DNA of 64,000 nucleotides from Balanoglossus misakiensis (lineage: Eukaryota; Animalia; Hemichordata): contig CM082586.2 of assembly GCA_040954595.2 (NCBI GenBank), positions 10,695,337-10,759,336 on the forward strand. Direction: 5' to 3'. Within the stretch, counting starts at the first letter, position 1. Each line of letters begins with the position of its first letter. Under the pieces are notes generated by a model. The model ran no database searches. It had not been told where the DNA came from and worked only from the letters and a program-made list of their open reading frames with translations. Position numbers and translations under genes: made by a program. Below, piece after piece: positions 1 through 13,700 of the stretch.

Positions 1-1080
1 TGGCAATGACCATTGATCTACTTGGATATGTCTCTTGTTAAAAAGCACAACAGTCATGATTTTGTTCACATGAGTTTTATTGCTGCCAGGACATAACCCA
101 AATATTTTGATAATTTTGGCCATGACCCTTGATCTACTTGGATATGTCTCTTGTTAAAAAGCACAACAGTCATGATTTTGTACACATGAGTACTATTGCT
201 GCCTGGACATAACCCAAATATTTTGATAATTTTGGCCATGATCTACTTAAATCCTATTTAAAGTTAACCAATTGAGCTTAGAAGTTTGGTTCTTGTTGGA
301 CACTTATCAGTTTGATATCAAAATTTGTTGGCACAAATTTCCGTGACCTCTGGCTTACCTACCATTCTAAGAATCCATAACAGATACAGAGTTTGCTTTC
401 TGTTGGAACCATGCTAACTGCTTTGGCCCCTGTGATGCTGCATGTTCTTTTAATTGTCTTCTTCATGGTGGCCATATTGGATTTTCTGATAACCTTTAAA
501 AGTTGACATTTTTTTTCAAAAATTACAAGGCCAATCAAGTTCTAATTTACTGTACGTTCCAATTTTTTAAAATAATATTGTTAGTGTTCATGTGAATTTG
601 GATTTATTATGGATTTTTGAAAAATCCCATGAAAAATTTCCAAAATCTTTTTTTAATCACGCTTTCGCGTAAAATGTGATTGGTTAAACCTTATTGAAGC
701 CTAATTGGATTTTCTGAACTCCGATTAAAAACTAAAATTTCCTATTTGTAGGCTACTGAATGATAGCACACCAAGCCTTTTTATGGATAGAGTCAACATA
801 AGACCAGAATGTTAAAATTTTTTGTCAACTTTCACATGTCCATTGATCCTTTTTTTAACACTTAATTATACAATTTTTTGCAACTTTCATTTTCCCTTTG
901 ATCAAGATCTTTCAGAACTTAATTGTACATTGATATGTCTCTTGTTAAAAAGCACAACAGTCATGATTTTGTTCACATGAGTACTACTCTGGCAGGACAT
1001 AACCCAAATATTTTGATAATTTTGGCAATGACCCTTGATCTACATTTCCAAAACTTGGCATGCACAGCAGATACAGCTTT

Positions 1081-2885
1081 TATTAGCTCTGCTGTCACTT
1101 GTGTCAGCCGAGCTGTAGCAGTAGGTTGATAAATGTCTGTCCGTCGTCTGTCGTCCGTCATCCGTCGTCCGTCAACTTTTGGTATTTCAATCTTCTTCTA
1201 TAAAACTACTTGGCATATTTAGCTGAAATTTGGTTAGAATGTGTGTTATGGTGCCCTTACCTGATTTTGTTAATTTGGATTTGATCGGGTCATGAATATG
1301 CAAATTAGATCTAAAAATAAAATTTTTGGTAAAAAAATCTTCTTCTCCCTAACTACATGTACGATGGAGCTGAAATTTGGTAGGAATGTGTGTTATGGTG
1401 TCCCTACCTGATTTTTAGCTCTGCTGTCACTTGTGTCAGCCGAGCTGTAGCAGTAGGTTGATAAGTGTCCGTCCGTCGTCCGTCGTCTGTCGTCAGTCGT
1501 CTGTCGTCCGTCAACTTTTTGTATTTCAATCTTCTTCTTTAAAACAACTGGGCATATTTAGCTGAAATTTGGTTGGAATGTGTGTTATGGTGCCTTTAAC
1601 TGATTTTGTTAATTTGGATTTGATGGGGTCATGAATATGCAAATTAGATCTAAAAATAGAACTTTTGGTAAAAATCTTCTTCTCCACAACTACATGTGCA
1701 ATGGACCTGAAATTTGGCAGGAATGTGTGTTATGGTGCCCCTACCTGATTTTGTAAATTTGGATTTGATGGGGTCATAAATATGCAAATTAGATCTAAAA
1801 ATAGAATTTTGGTAAAAAATCTTCTTCTCCATAACTACATGTACAATGGAGCTGAAATTTGGTAGGAATGTGTGTTATGGTGCCCCTACCTGATTTTGTA
1901 AATTTGGATTTGATGGGGTCATAAAAATGCAAATTAGATCTAAAAATATAATTTTTGGTCAAACATTTTCTTCTCCCTAACTACATGTACGATGGAGCTG
2001 AAATATGGTAGGAATGTGTGTTATGATGCCCGTACTTGATTTTATAAATTTGGATATGATCGGGTCATGAATATGTAAATTAGATCTAAAAATATAATTT
2101 TTGGTAAAAAATCTTCTTCTCCCTAACTATTTGTACGATGGAGCTGAAATTTAGTAGGAATGTGTGTTATAGTGTCCCTACCTGATTTTGTTAATTTGGA
2201 TTTGATTGGGTCATAAATATGCAAATTAGATCTAAAAATAGAATTTTTGGTCAAAAATCTTCTTCTCCCTAACTACATGTACGATGGCGCTGAAATTTAG
2301 TAGGAATGTGTGTTATGGTGCCCCTACCTGATTTTGCTAATTTGGATATGATGGGGTCATAAATATGCAAATTAGATCTAAAAATAGAATTGTTGGTCAA
2401 AAATCTTCTTCTCCCTAACTACATGTACGATGGCGCTGAAATTTAGTAGGAATGTGTGTTATGGTGCCCCTACCTGATTTTGCTAATTTGGATATGATGG
2501 GGTCATAAATATGCAAATTAGATCTAAAAATATAATTTTTGGTAAAAAAATCTTCTCCCTAAATACATGTACGATGGAGTTGAAATTTGGTAGAATGTGT
2601 GTTATGGTGCCCCTACCTGATTTTGTTTTATTGGAATTTTGATGGGGTCATGAATATGCAAATTAGAACATTGGTACTTCCTTTTGATGTTGTTCTTTAG
2701 AATTCAATTCTTTCTTTCTTTAGTGCAATGAATCAAGCTGAATTTGGATAAATACTTGTGATGTCTATGTTTGGTTTTGTTCAATAGAATACAATTGTTA
2801 TGAATTAAAACCTAGGGTATTCATATCATCGCCCAGGTTACACTGTTAAGGTCAGCAGAGCTCATTTGACCAATAGGTCACTTGT
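1081..2885 (+). mobile_element. Non-autonomous Helentron/Helitron2-type element (HINE/DINE-1-like) with an internal tandem array
   Basis: The 5' subTIR AGCTCTGCTG lies in a short stem-loop followed by a GTCC/GTC microsatellite. The 3' subTIR CAGCAGAGCT is its exact reverse complement and is followed by hairpin TGACC-AATA-GGTCA and terminal CTTGT. Inserted in a T-run with no TSD; the flanks rejoin to match the uninterrupted unit near 3780 and 5230. Confidence 0.8.
1540..2670 (+). repeat. ~146-bp tandem repeat (~8 copies) inside the HINE
   Basis: GAATGTGTGTTATGGTGCCCCTACCTGATTTTG...ATGCAAATTAGATCTAAAAAT recurs about every 146 bp (e.g. ~1576, 1721, 1866, 2012, 2158, 2450, 2593). Confidence 0.9.
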
Positions 2886-5689
2886 AAATTTAGAGGACTG
2901 GAACACCTAATGAAGTGCATGTGTTAACTTTAACACACTAATTATGTATATGAGCTATTTAAAGTTAACCAATAAAGCGTAGAAGTCTGCTTTTTGTTGG
3001 ACACTGATCAGTTTGGTATCAAATTTTGTTGGCACATTTTGCCTCACCTCTGGCGTACTTTACCATTTCTGGGCATCCACAACAGACACAGCCTCTGCTT
3101 TCTGTTGGAACCATGCTTAACACCTTGGTCCCTCCAATGCTACTTTTAGTTGTAATTGTCTTCTTCATGGCGGCCATATTGGATTTTCTAATAAGCTTTA
3201 AAGGTTGACATTTTCATAAACTACAGGGCCAATCAAGTTCTAATTTACTGTGCGGTTGAAAGTTTGATAAAATATCATTAGTGGTCATGTGACTTTTGGT
3301 GCCTTATTGGATTTTTTAAAAATCTCATTCAAAAATTACGAAAATCTTTTTCTAATCAAGTTTTCAAGTGAATTGTGATTGGTTTAACCTTATCAGAGCC
3401 AAATTGGATTTTCTGAACTCCGATTAAAAGCTAAAATTCCTTTTTTTATCCTACTCATTGAAAGCACACAAATTCTTTCTGTGGATACGAGTCACCATAT
3501 GACTAGAATATGTTACATTTTTTGACAACTTTCATATGTTCTTTGATCCAGTTTTTTTTCAGTATTTGATTAAACAATTTGTTGGTGACTCTCGCATGTC
3601 CTTTGATCCAGTAATTCCATAACTTAATTTTATGTGGATATGGCTCTTGATAAAAAGCTCAACAGTCATGATTTTGTTCAAAGAGTACTACTGCTGCCAG
3701 GACATAACCCAAATATTTTGATAATTTTGGCAATGACCTTTGATGTACTTTCCCATAACCTGGCCTGCACAACAGATACAGCCTTCAGATTTTTAGGCCT
3801 TAAACACCTAATAAAGTATTAAACTTTAACACAAAAGTTGTGTACATAAGCTTTTTCTAGTTAACCAATTGAGAATAAAAGTCTGTTTTTTTGTTGAACA
3901 CTGATCAGTTTGATGTCAAAATTTGTTGCCACAAATTTCCGTGACCTCTGGCTTACCTACCATTTCTAAGCATCCACAACAGATACAGAGTTTGCTTTCT
4001 GTTGGAACCATGCTAACTGCTTTGGTCCCTGTAATGCTGCATGTTCCTTTAATTGTCTTCTTCAGGGTGGCCATATTGGATTTTCTGATAACCTTTAAAA
4101 GATGACAGTTCTTTTCCAAAACTACAGGGACAATCAAGTTCGAATATACTGTGCAGTTCAAAGTTTGACTGTAATATTGCTAGTAGTCATGTGACTTAGA
4201 ATTCCTTATTAGATTTTTGAAAAATATCATTAAAACACTTTTTCTAATCAAGTTTTCAAGTGAATTGTGATTGGTTAAACCTTATTGGAGCCAAATTGGA
4301 TTTTCTGAACAACGATTTAAAACTAAGATTTCCTATTTATGGCCTACTCATTGATAGCACAAACATTATTTATATGTATATGACTCACTATATGACCAGA
4401 ATATGTTACCATTTTTGGCATATTGCACATGTCCTTTAATCCAGTTTTTCCAACACTTAATAATACAAATTTTTAGGCAACTTTCATTTGTCTTTTGATC
4501 CAGATCTTTCAGAACTTAATTAAAGTTTATTGAAGCCAAATTGGATTTTATGAATTCTGATTAAAAACTTTGATTGCACACCAATTCTTTTTATAGATAC
4601 GAGTCACCATATGACCAGAATACGTTGCATTTTTTGGCAACTTTCGCATGTACTTTGATCCATTTTTTTTTCAGAACTTAATTATTCGTGGATATGCCTC
4701 TTGTTGAAAAGCAAAACAGTGATGATTTATTTTTCACACGAATAGTACTGCTGCCAGGACATAACCCAAATTTTTTGATAATATTGGCATTGAACTTTGT
4801 CCTAAGTTTGGCACCTGTATTCTTTTCTGAATATCTTATGGCGACTAGACTAATAGCACTAGAGGTTTGGTTTTTGATGTATATGGACAAGTATGGGACT
4901 TAGCTTTTTTTGTTACATTTGGAATCCACTGGACCAATGTTGAGCTTATTAAATATGTGAATATCTAATGCTGAGCTTACCCATATTGTTACAGGTTGAA
5001 TTTTTTATGAACATGCTCTACTATTGGACTTAATTTTTTTGCTGAATTTCTTGACCAATGATAACCTTATAAATATGTGCTTACGTAATTGTAGACTAGA
5101 TAATGAAGCTTTGAGTCTGGGTTTTCTTGAACATTCACCAGTATGCGATCACATTTTTTTCTGACATTTTTGTTAGCTTTGGTTACCTTAAACCTATTTT
5201 CCCTGCCTTGGCATGCACAGCAGATAACGCCTTCAAATTTTGAGGGCTGGAACACCTAATTACCAGGTTAACCAATAGAGCCAGAAGTCTTGTTTTTCAT
5301 TTTACACTGATAATTTTGGAAGAAACATTTGTTGACAATTTTGGGTGAGCTCTTGGTGACCTTTGATCTGCTTTCCTATATACATAGCAGATACAGCATT
5401 GGCACTCTCTGGTATCCATAGGAACTGCTTTGACCTAGCCAATGTTTGTTGCACTTTATTTTTTTTCATTAATTGACGATATGTACCCCTTGACCCGCAG
5501 TATGTTGGGTTGGGCTGGCTTGCCAAATTAATCCTATTATTATCATTGATTTCATGCATTTAATTCTTTCATTCTTTTTTTTTTGTAGGTCCCACCGGTA
5601 CTCTTCTCCTTCTCTCTCTCTTTCTTTCTTTCTTTCTTTTTTTCTCTTCTTTTCTCTTTTTTTTCTTTTTTTCCCTGTAGGCCCCAATG

Positions 5690-6210
5690 GTAACACCATA
5701 ATCAACCTACTAACGTAAAATTTGATGGATGGATGGAGCGGAGTGTCAACCATAGTCAACCTACTAATATAAACTTTGATGGATGGATGGAGGGGAGCGT
5801 CAACCATAGTCAACCTACTAATATAAACTTTGATGGATGAATGGAGCGGAGCGTCAACCATAGTCAACCTACTAATATAAACTTTGATGGATGGATGGAG
5901 CGGAGCGTCAACCATAGTCAACTTACTAAAATATAAACTTTGATGGATGGATGGTGCCGCGGAGCGTCAACTTAAAGGATGGAGAAGTGGAAGGATGGAG
6001 AAGTGGAGTTTTTTCTCTGTTTTTTCCTCTTTTTCTTTCCTGTAGGGCACACTGGTAACACCATAATCAACCAACTAACGTAAAATTTGATGGGAGGATG
6101 GAGCGGAGAGTCAACCATAGTCAACCTACTAATATAAACTTTGATGGATGGATGGATGGAGCGTCAACCTAAAGGATGGAGAAGTGGAAGAATGGAGAAG
6201 TGGAGTTTCA
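5690..6210. repeat. 57-bp minisatellite
   Basis: Unit CAACCATAGTCAACCTACTAATATAAACTTTGATGGATGGATGGAGCGGAGCGT repeated about 6-7 times in two blocks; it explains the 19-aa periodicity of ORF 5469..5921. Confidence 0.9.
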
Positions 6211-6559
6211 ACATAATATCCTATTGACCAAAATTATAAGATAGAGTAATATAGACGTACAAAACGAGGTGATCGTAATATAAAACTTAATAGTCCAATA
6301 AATCGGGTTAATAATTGGTAGTGATTACTTGTTTTAAAATTAGGTTAACAGCAATGGCTTTGTGCAGGGTATGATAATAGGTTCCGAAATGTGTATGGTA
6401 TAATAACGGTGAACAAATTTGAATTTGGTTTAATAAAAGGGTTACAAATGTGATGATGGTTTTATGGTAAAATTTGAGTGTACACAGGTTATAAAGGGGT
6501 AACAACGGTTGCTTGTATGAAGGGAATAATATTAGGGTAACAAATGTGGTATAAAGGTA

Positions 6560-7040
6560 TAACGGGTTTATAATATGATGATGGCTTGTGTACACAGGTT
6601 ATAATGGGTATATGAATGAGAAGGGTATAATAATAGTAATAACTGTGTCGGGTTTAATAAGGGTAACAATTGTGCAAGGGTATAATAACGATTAATAATT
6701 GTGGTGATGGCTTATGGTGATATTAAGTATAAAAAGGCTGTTAATATTGATGATGATGACAGAGGTATAATAATGATAAAATGTTAAATAAGTGTCCAAG
6801 GTCTAATAATCATGTTGGTTCATTCATTGGTTAATGTGTATATTTTATGAATAACATGCTATTATTTCTCAGATAGATAATACTCGTCAGCATCGTTATT
6901 CGGTGGAATTTCTCGCAACGGTACCCGTGATTGTATTCGCGCATCGACACATTGTACGCGACAGACAGGCAGAAAATGTTAGCACAATGTTAGGTTAGCT
7001 TAACCTCCCCACCCCATCCAAATTCCAAATTTAGCTTAGA
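6560..7040 (+). repeat. Diverged copy of the macro-repeat block also at ~24480-25115 and ~38570-39210
   Basis: Shared strings TTCATTCATTGGTTAATGTGTATATTTT, ATTGTACGCGACAGACA and ACCTCCCCACCCCATC-AAATTCCAAATTTAGCTT. Confidence 0.7.
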
Positions 7041-7799
7041 TCATGGGGTGAGAGGAGGAGAGGACAGTTTTTTTTCCCTCTTTTGTAATTGGTATGAGGT
7101 TTTTTAACTGCCCTTTAGGCGCGTAAATTAGATGTGTGTTATCATACATGTAGTTATCTTGCTTTATTTTAAAACAATTGTGAATGAGCTCTGCGAGATT
7201 ATGTACACGATAGTGTGTTATATAACGCTAAGGTAAAAGTAAACTTAACCCACTAACCCATCACACTATTGTGTGCATAATTAGCAGATGCTATTTTGAC
7301 TGGCCCATTGTTCAACCAAATGACACCTTGTTTCAAAAAGAGCTGAAACTATATTGGTTAATTTCTTTCAGTTTAACCACATGACACATTGTTTCAAATT
7401 GGCCTGCAAGATATGCTACTTGAACTCCCCCCCCCACCCCCACCCCCCCCCAAAACAATAAATTAGGGATTAATCACTCGCTATATTATGAACATTCACA
7501 TGAAAATTATGCAACCAATTTAAAGGTATTCTGGAGGCGTCTTCTGATGTCAGGTGGTTCAAATCCACCGATACCTAAGCTGGAAACATAACTTTTCATT
7601 GGTGTTCATATATGGCGAATAAAACATGCATATTCGTATTATCATATTTCAGATATGAACGAATTGAAATAGATTCTTTTCGATATGATTTCAGAAATGA
7701 ACGAATTCAAATAGATTCTTTTCGATATGTCACTATAAACTTTAATCCCATTTCACCCCTTTTACTCAAAATGTAATGTTTAAATAGCAAAGAAGTTAA

Positions 7800-10700
7800 T
7801 CACTAAACGTTGACACCGGGGTTTAAAATGCATACAGGGATACTAAAAGTTGACTGAAATCCCTGGGTTAATACGTGTCCAAAAGCAATTTTATTTGACA
7901 TTGCTAATGCAACGATGACATTGAATCTGATTCTTTGCATTAGGGGGAATGGCGATGCAAGCTTGATGATGCAGCCAGGTAGATAGTGATGCAAACACTT
8001 CACTTTGACATAGGTATTTAATGCATGTGCATGGGTATTTAATGTTGACTGTAAATCCCCAGGTTAATACGTGGCCAAAAGCACTGTAATTTGACATTGC
8101 TAATGCTACCGTGACACTAAATCTGATTCTTGCATCAGGGTAAATTGTGAAGCAAGCTTGATGATGCATCATGATAGATGGTGTTTCAAGCCCTTCACAT
8201 TGACATTGGAATATAACGCATATGGGGATTTAAAGTTGATTGTATATCCTCAGGTTAATACGTGGCCATAAGCACTGTAATTTGACATTGCTAATGCAAC
8301 GATGATATTGAATCTGATTCTTTGCATCAGGGTAAATGGCGATGCAAGCTTGATGATGCATCCCGGTAGATAGTGATGCAAACACTTCACTTTGACATGG
8401 GTATTTAATGCATGCGCATTGATATTTAAAGTTGACTCTAAATCCCGAGGGTAATACATGGCCAAAAGCACTGTAATTTAAAATTACTAATGCAAGCGTG
8501 ACATTGAATATGGATAAATGGTGAAGCAAACGTGATGATGCATCAGGATAGATGGTGTTTGAAGCCCTTCACATTGACTTTTGAATATAATGCATATGGG
8601 GATTTAAAGTTGATTGTAAATCCCTAGGTTAATACATGGCCAAAAGCACTTTTATTTGACATTGCTAATGCAACGGTGACATTGAATCTGATTCTATGCA
8701 TCAGGGTAAATGGCGATACAGGCTTGATGATGCATCACGGTAGATAGTGATGCAAACAGTTCACTCTGACATGGGTATTAAATGCATATGGGGATTTCAA
8801 GTTGATTACAAATCCCTGGGTTAATACGCACCCAAAAGCACTGTAGTTTGACATTGCTAATGAAATGGTGACATTGAATCTGATTCTATGCATCAGGGTA
8901 AATGGCGATACAGGCTTGATGATGCATCACGGTAGATAGTGATGCAAACAGTTCACTCTGACATGGGTATTAAATGCATATGGGGATTTCAAGTTGATTA
9001 CAAATCCCTGGGTTAATACGCACCCAAAAGCACTGTAGTTTGACATTGCTAATGAAATGGTGACATTGAATGTAATTCTTTGCATTAGGGGAAATGGCTA
9101 AAAGTTTAATGATGCATTGGAGTAGATGGTGATGCAAGCTATGCATTTTGACATAGGTATTTAATGCATGTGCATGGGTATTTAATGTTGACTGTAAATC
9201 CCTAGGTTAATACATGTCCAAAAGCACTGTAATTTAAAATTGCTAATGCAAGGGTGACATTGAATCTGATTCTTTGCATCAGGGCAAATTCTGAAGAATG
9301 CTTGATGATGCACCAGGGTCAATGGTGATGCAATCACTAAACTTTTACACCGGGGTTTAAAATGTATACAGGGGGATTAAAAGTTGACTGTAAATCCCCA
9401 GGTTAATACAAGTCCAAAAGCACTTTAATTTGACATTGCTAATACAACGGTGACATTTAATCTGATTCTTTGCATCAGGGAAAATGGTGAAGCAAGCTTA
9501 ATAATGCATCGGAGTAAATGGTGATGCAAGCTCTGCACTTTGACATAGGTATTAAATGTATATGCATGGGTATTTAAAGTTGTCCGTAAATCCCGAGGTT
9601 AATACGTGGCCATAGGCACTGTAATTTGACATTGCTAATGCTACCGTGATACTAAATCTGATTCTTTGCATCAGGGTAAATTGTGAAGCAAGCTTGATGA
9701 TGTATCATGATAGATGGTGTTTCAAGCCCTTCACATTGACATTGGAATATAACGCACATGGGGATTTAAAGTTGATTGTATGGCCAAAAGCACTGTAATT
9801 TGACATTGCTAATGCTACAGTGACATTGAATCTGATTCTTTGCATTAGGGCAAATGGCGAAGCAAGCTTGATGATGCATCACGGTAGATATTGATGCAAG
9901 CACTTCGCTTTGACATAGGTATAAAATTCATATGGGGATTTCAAGTTGATTATAAATCCCTGGGTTAATATGTGGCCGAAAGCACTTTTATTTGCCATTG
10001 CTAATGCTATGGTGACACTGATTATTTGCATCAGGGTTAATGGCGAAGCAGCTTGATGATGCATCAGGATAGATGGTGATGCAAGCTCTGCACTTTGACA
10101 TGAGGATTAAATGCATGCTGAGGGGGATTTAAAGTTGTCAAAACAAACTTGATGATGCATCAGGGTAGAAGGTATTTCAAGCCCTTCACATTGACATTGG
10201 AATATAACGCATATGGGGATTTAAAGTTGATTGTAAATCCCCAGGTTGATACGTGGCCATAAGCACTGTAGTTTGACATTGCTAATGCTACCGTGACATT
10301 AAATCTGATTCTTTCCATCGGGGTAAATTGTGAAGCAAGCTTGATGATGCATCAGGACAGATGGTGTTTCAAGCCCTTCACATTGACAATGGAATATAAC
10401 GCATATGGGGATTTAAAGTTGATTGAAAATCCCTAGGTTAATACATGGCCAAAAGCACTGTAATTTAAAATTGCAAATGCAATGGTGACATTGAATGTCA
10501 TTCTTTGCATTAGGGGAAATGGCGTAGCAAGCATAATGGTACATCAGAGTAGATGGTGATGCAAGCTCTGCACTTTGACATAGATATTTAATGCATATGC
10601 ATGGGTATTTAATGTCGACTGTAAATCCCCAGGTTAATATATGTCCAAAAGCACTGTAATTTAAAATTGCTAATGCAAGGGTGACATTGAATCTGATTCT

Positions 10701-13700
10701 TTGCATTATGGGGAATGGCGATGCAAACCTAATGATGCATCAGAGTAGATGGTGATGCAAGCTCTGCACTTTGACATAGGTATTTAATGTATATGCATGG
10801 GTATTTAAAGTTGTCTGTAAATTCCCAGGTTAATACGTGGCAATAAGCACTGTAATTTGACATTGCTAATGAAATGGTGACGCTGAATGTGATTTTTTGC
10901 ATCAGGGTAAATTGTGAAGCAAGCTTGATGATGCATCAGGATAGATGGTGTTTCAAGCCCTTCACTTGACATTGGAATATAACGCATATGGGGATTTAAA
11001 GTTAATTGCAAATCCATAGGTTAATACATGGCCAAAAACACTGTAATTTAAAATTGCTAATGCAATGGTGACATTGAATGTGATTCTTTGCATTAGGGGA
11101 AATGGCGTAGCAAGCCTAATGGTGCATCAGAGTAAATGGTGATGCAAGCTCTACACTTTGACATAGGTATTTAATGGATATGCATGGGTATTTAATGTTG
11201 ACTGTAAATCCTCAGGTTAATACGTGGCCATAAGCACTGTAATTTGACATTGCTAATGCAACGGTGACATTGAATCTGATTCTTTGCATAAGGGTGAATG
11301 GCGATGCAAGCTTGATGATGCATCACGGTAGATAGTGATGCAAACACTTCACTTTGACATGGGTATCAAATGCATATAGGGATTTGCTAATGCTACCATG
11401 ACACTAAATCTGATTTTTTGCATCAGGGAAAATGGTGAAGCAAGCTTGATGATGCATCATGATAGATGGTGTTTCAAGCCCTTCACATTGACATTAGAAT
11501 ATAATGCATATGGGGATTTAAAGTTGATTGTAAATCCCCAGGTTAGTATACGGCCAAACGCACTATAATTTGACATTGCTAATGCAACAGTGACATTGAA
11601 TCTGATTCTTTGCATTAGGGCAAATGGCGAAGCAAGCTTGATGATGCATCACGGTAGATATTGATGCAAGCACTTCGCTTTGACATAGGTATAAAATTCA
11701 TATAGGGATTTCAAGTTGATTATAAATCCCTGGGTTAATATGTGGCCGAAAGCACTTTTATTTGCCATTGCTAATGCTATGGCGACACTAAATCTGATTC
11801 TTTGCATCAGGGTAAATTGTGAAGAAAGCTTGATGATGCATCAGTATAGATGGTGTTTCAAGCCGTTCAAGTTAACATTGCAATATAATGCATATGGGGA
11901 TTTGAAGTTGATTGTAAACCCGCAAGTTAATACATGGCCAAATGCTCAGTAATTTGACATTGCTGATGCTATGGTGACACTGATTATTTGCATCAGGGTT
12001 AATGGCGAAACAAACTTGATGATGCATCAGGGTAGATGGTATTTCAAGCCCTTCACATTGACATTGGAATATAATGCATATGGGGATTTAAAGTTGATTG
12101 TAAATCCCCAGGTTAATACATAGCCAAAAGCACTGTAATTTGACATGGCTAATGCTACTGTGATACTAAATCTGATTCTTTGCATCAGGGCATATAGCGA
12201 AGCATGCTTGGTGATGCATCAGGATCAATGGTGATGGAGACACTGCACTTTGACATGCGTATTTAATGCATATGCACATATGTTTAAAGTTGACTGTAAA
12301 TCGCCAGGTTAATACGTGGCCAAAAGCACAGTAATTTGACATTGCGAATGCAACAGTGACATTTAATCTGATTCTTTGCATTAAGGCAAATGGCGAAGCA
12401 TGCTTGACGATGCATCACAGTAGATAGTGATGCAAACACTTCGCTTAGACATGGGTATAAAAAGCATATAGGGATTTCAAATAGATTATAAATCCCTGTG
12501 TTAATACGTGTCCAAAAGCACTGTAATTTGACATTGCTTATGCAATGGTGACACTATATCTGATTCTTTGCATCAGGGCAAATGGCGAAGCAGCTTGATG
12601 ATGCATCAGGATAGATGGTGATGCAAGCTCTGCACTTTGACATGGGAATTAAATGCATGCTGAGGGGGATTTAAAGTTGTCAAAACAAACTTGATGATGC
12701 ATCAGGGTAGATGGTATTTCAAGCCCTTCACATTGACATTGGAATATAACGCATATGGGGATTTAAAGTTGATTGTAAATCCCCAGGTTGATACGTGGCC
12801 ATAAGCACTGTAATTTAAAATTACTAATGCAAGGGTGACATTGAATATGGATAAATGGTGAAGCAAACGTGATGATGCATCAGGATAGATGGTGTTCCAA
12901 GCCCTTCACATTGACTTTTGAATATAATGCATATGGGGATTTAAAGTTGATTGTAAATCCCTAGGTTAATAATGGCCAAAAGCACTTTTATTTGACATTG
13001 CTAATGCAACGGTGACATTGAATCTGATTCTATGCATAAGGGTAAATGGCGATGCAGGCTTGATGATGCATCACGGTAGATAGTGATGCAAACAGTTCAC
13101 TTTGACATGGGTATTAAATGCATATGGGGATTTCAAGTTGATTACAAATCCTTGGGTTAATACGCATCCAAAAGCACTGTAATTTGACATTGCTAATGAA
13201 ATGGTGACATTGAATGTAATTCTTTGCATTAGGGGAAATGGCTAAGCAAGCTTAATGATGCATTGGAGTAGATGGTGATGCAAGCTATGCATTTTGACAT
13301 AGGTATTTAATGCATGTGCATGGGTATTTAATGTTGACTGTAAATCCCTAGGTTAATACATGTCCAAAAGCACTGTAATTTAAAATTGCTAATGCAAGGG
13401 TGACATTGAATCTGATTCTTTGCATCAGGGCAAATTCTGAAGAATGCTTGATGATGCACCAGGGTCAATGGTGATGCAATCACTAAACTTTGACACCGGG
13501 GTTTAAAATGTATACAGGGGGATTAAAAGTTGACTGTAAATCCCTTGGTTAATACAAGTCCAAAAGCACTTTAATTTGACATTGCTAATACAACGGTGAC
13601 ATTTAATCTGATTCTTTGCATCAGGGAAAATGGCGAAGCAAGCTTAATAATGCATTGGAGTATATGGTGATGCAAGCTCTGCATTTTGACATAGGTATTA

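Larger units (their letters stand above)
1..5400. repeat. Degenerate tandem repeat of a ~900-bp unit (about 4 copies, plus short internal sub-duplications)
   Basis: Marker GTTAACCAAT recurs at ~262, 2962, 3860 and 5267 (spacing ~895-900 bp once the 1.8-kb insertion at 1081-2885 is removed). Blocks such as GGACATAACCCAAATATTTTGATAATTTTGGC and TGGCCATATTGGATTTTCTGATAACC recur in each unit. Boundaries are approximate. Confidence 0.75.

Noticed and set aside
923-4903. Recurrent small ORFs (…GHNPNILIILAM…, …LLSVGTML…)
   Set aside because: They arise from the ~900-bp tandem unit; frames and stops are not conserved between copies.
5469-5921. 150-aa ORF with 19-aa repeats and a Lys/Glu tract
   Set aside because: Product of the 57-bp minisatellite plus a CT/T microsatellite.
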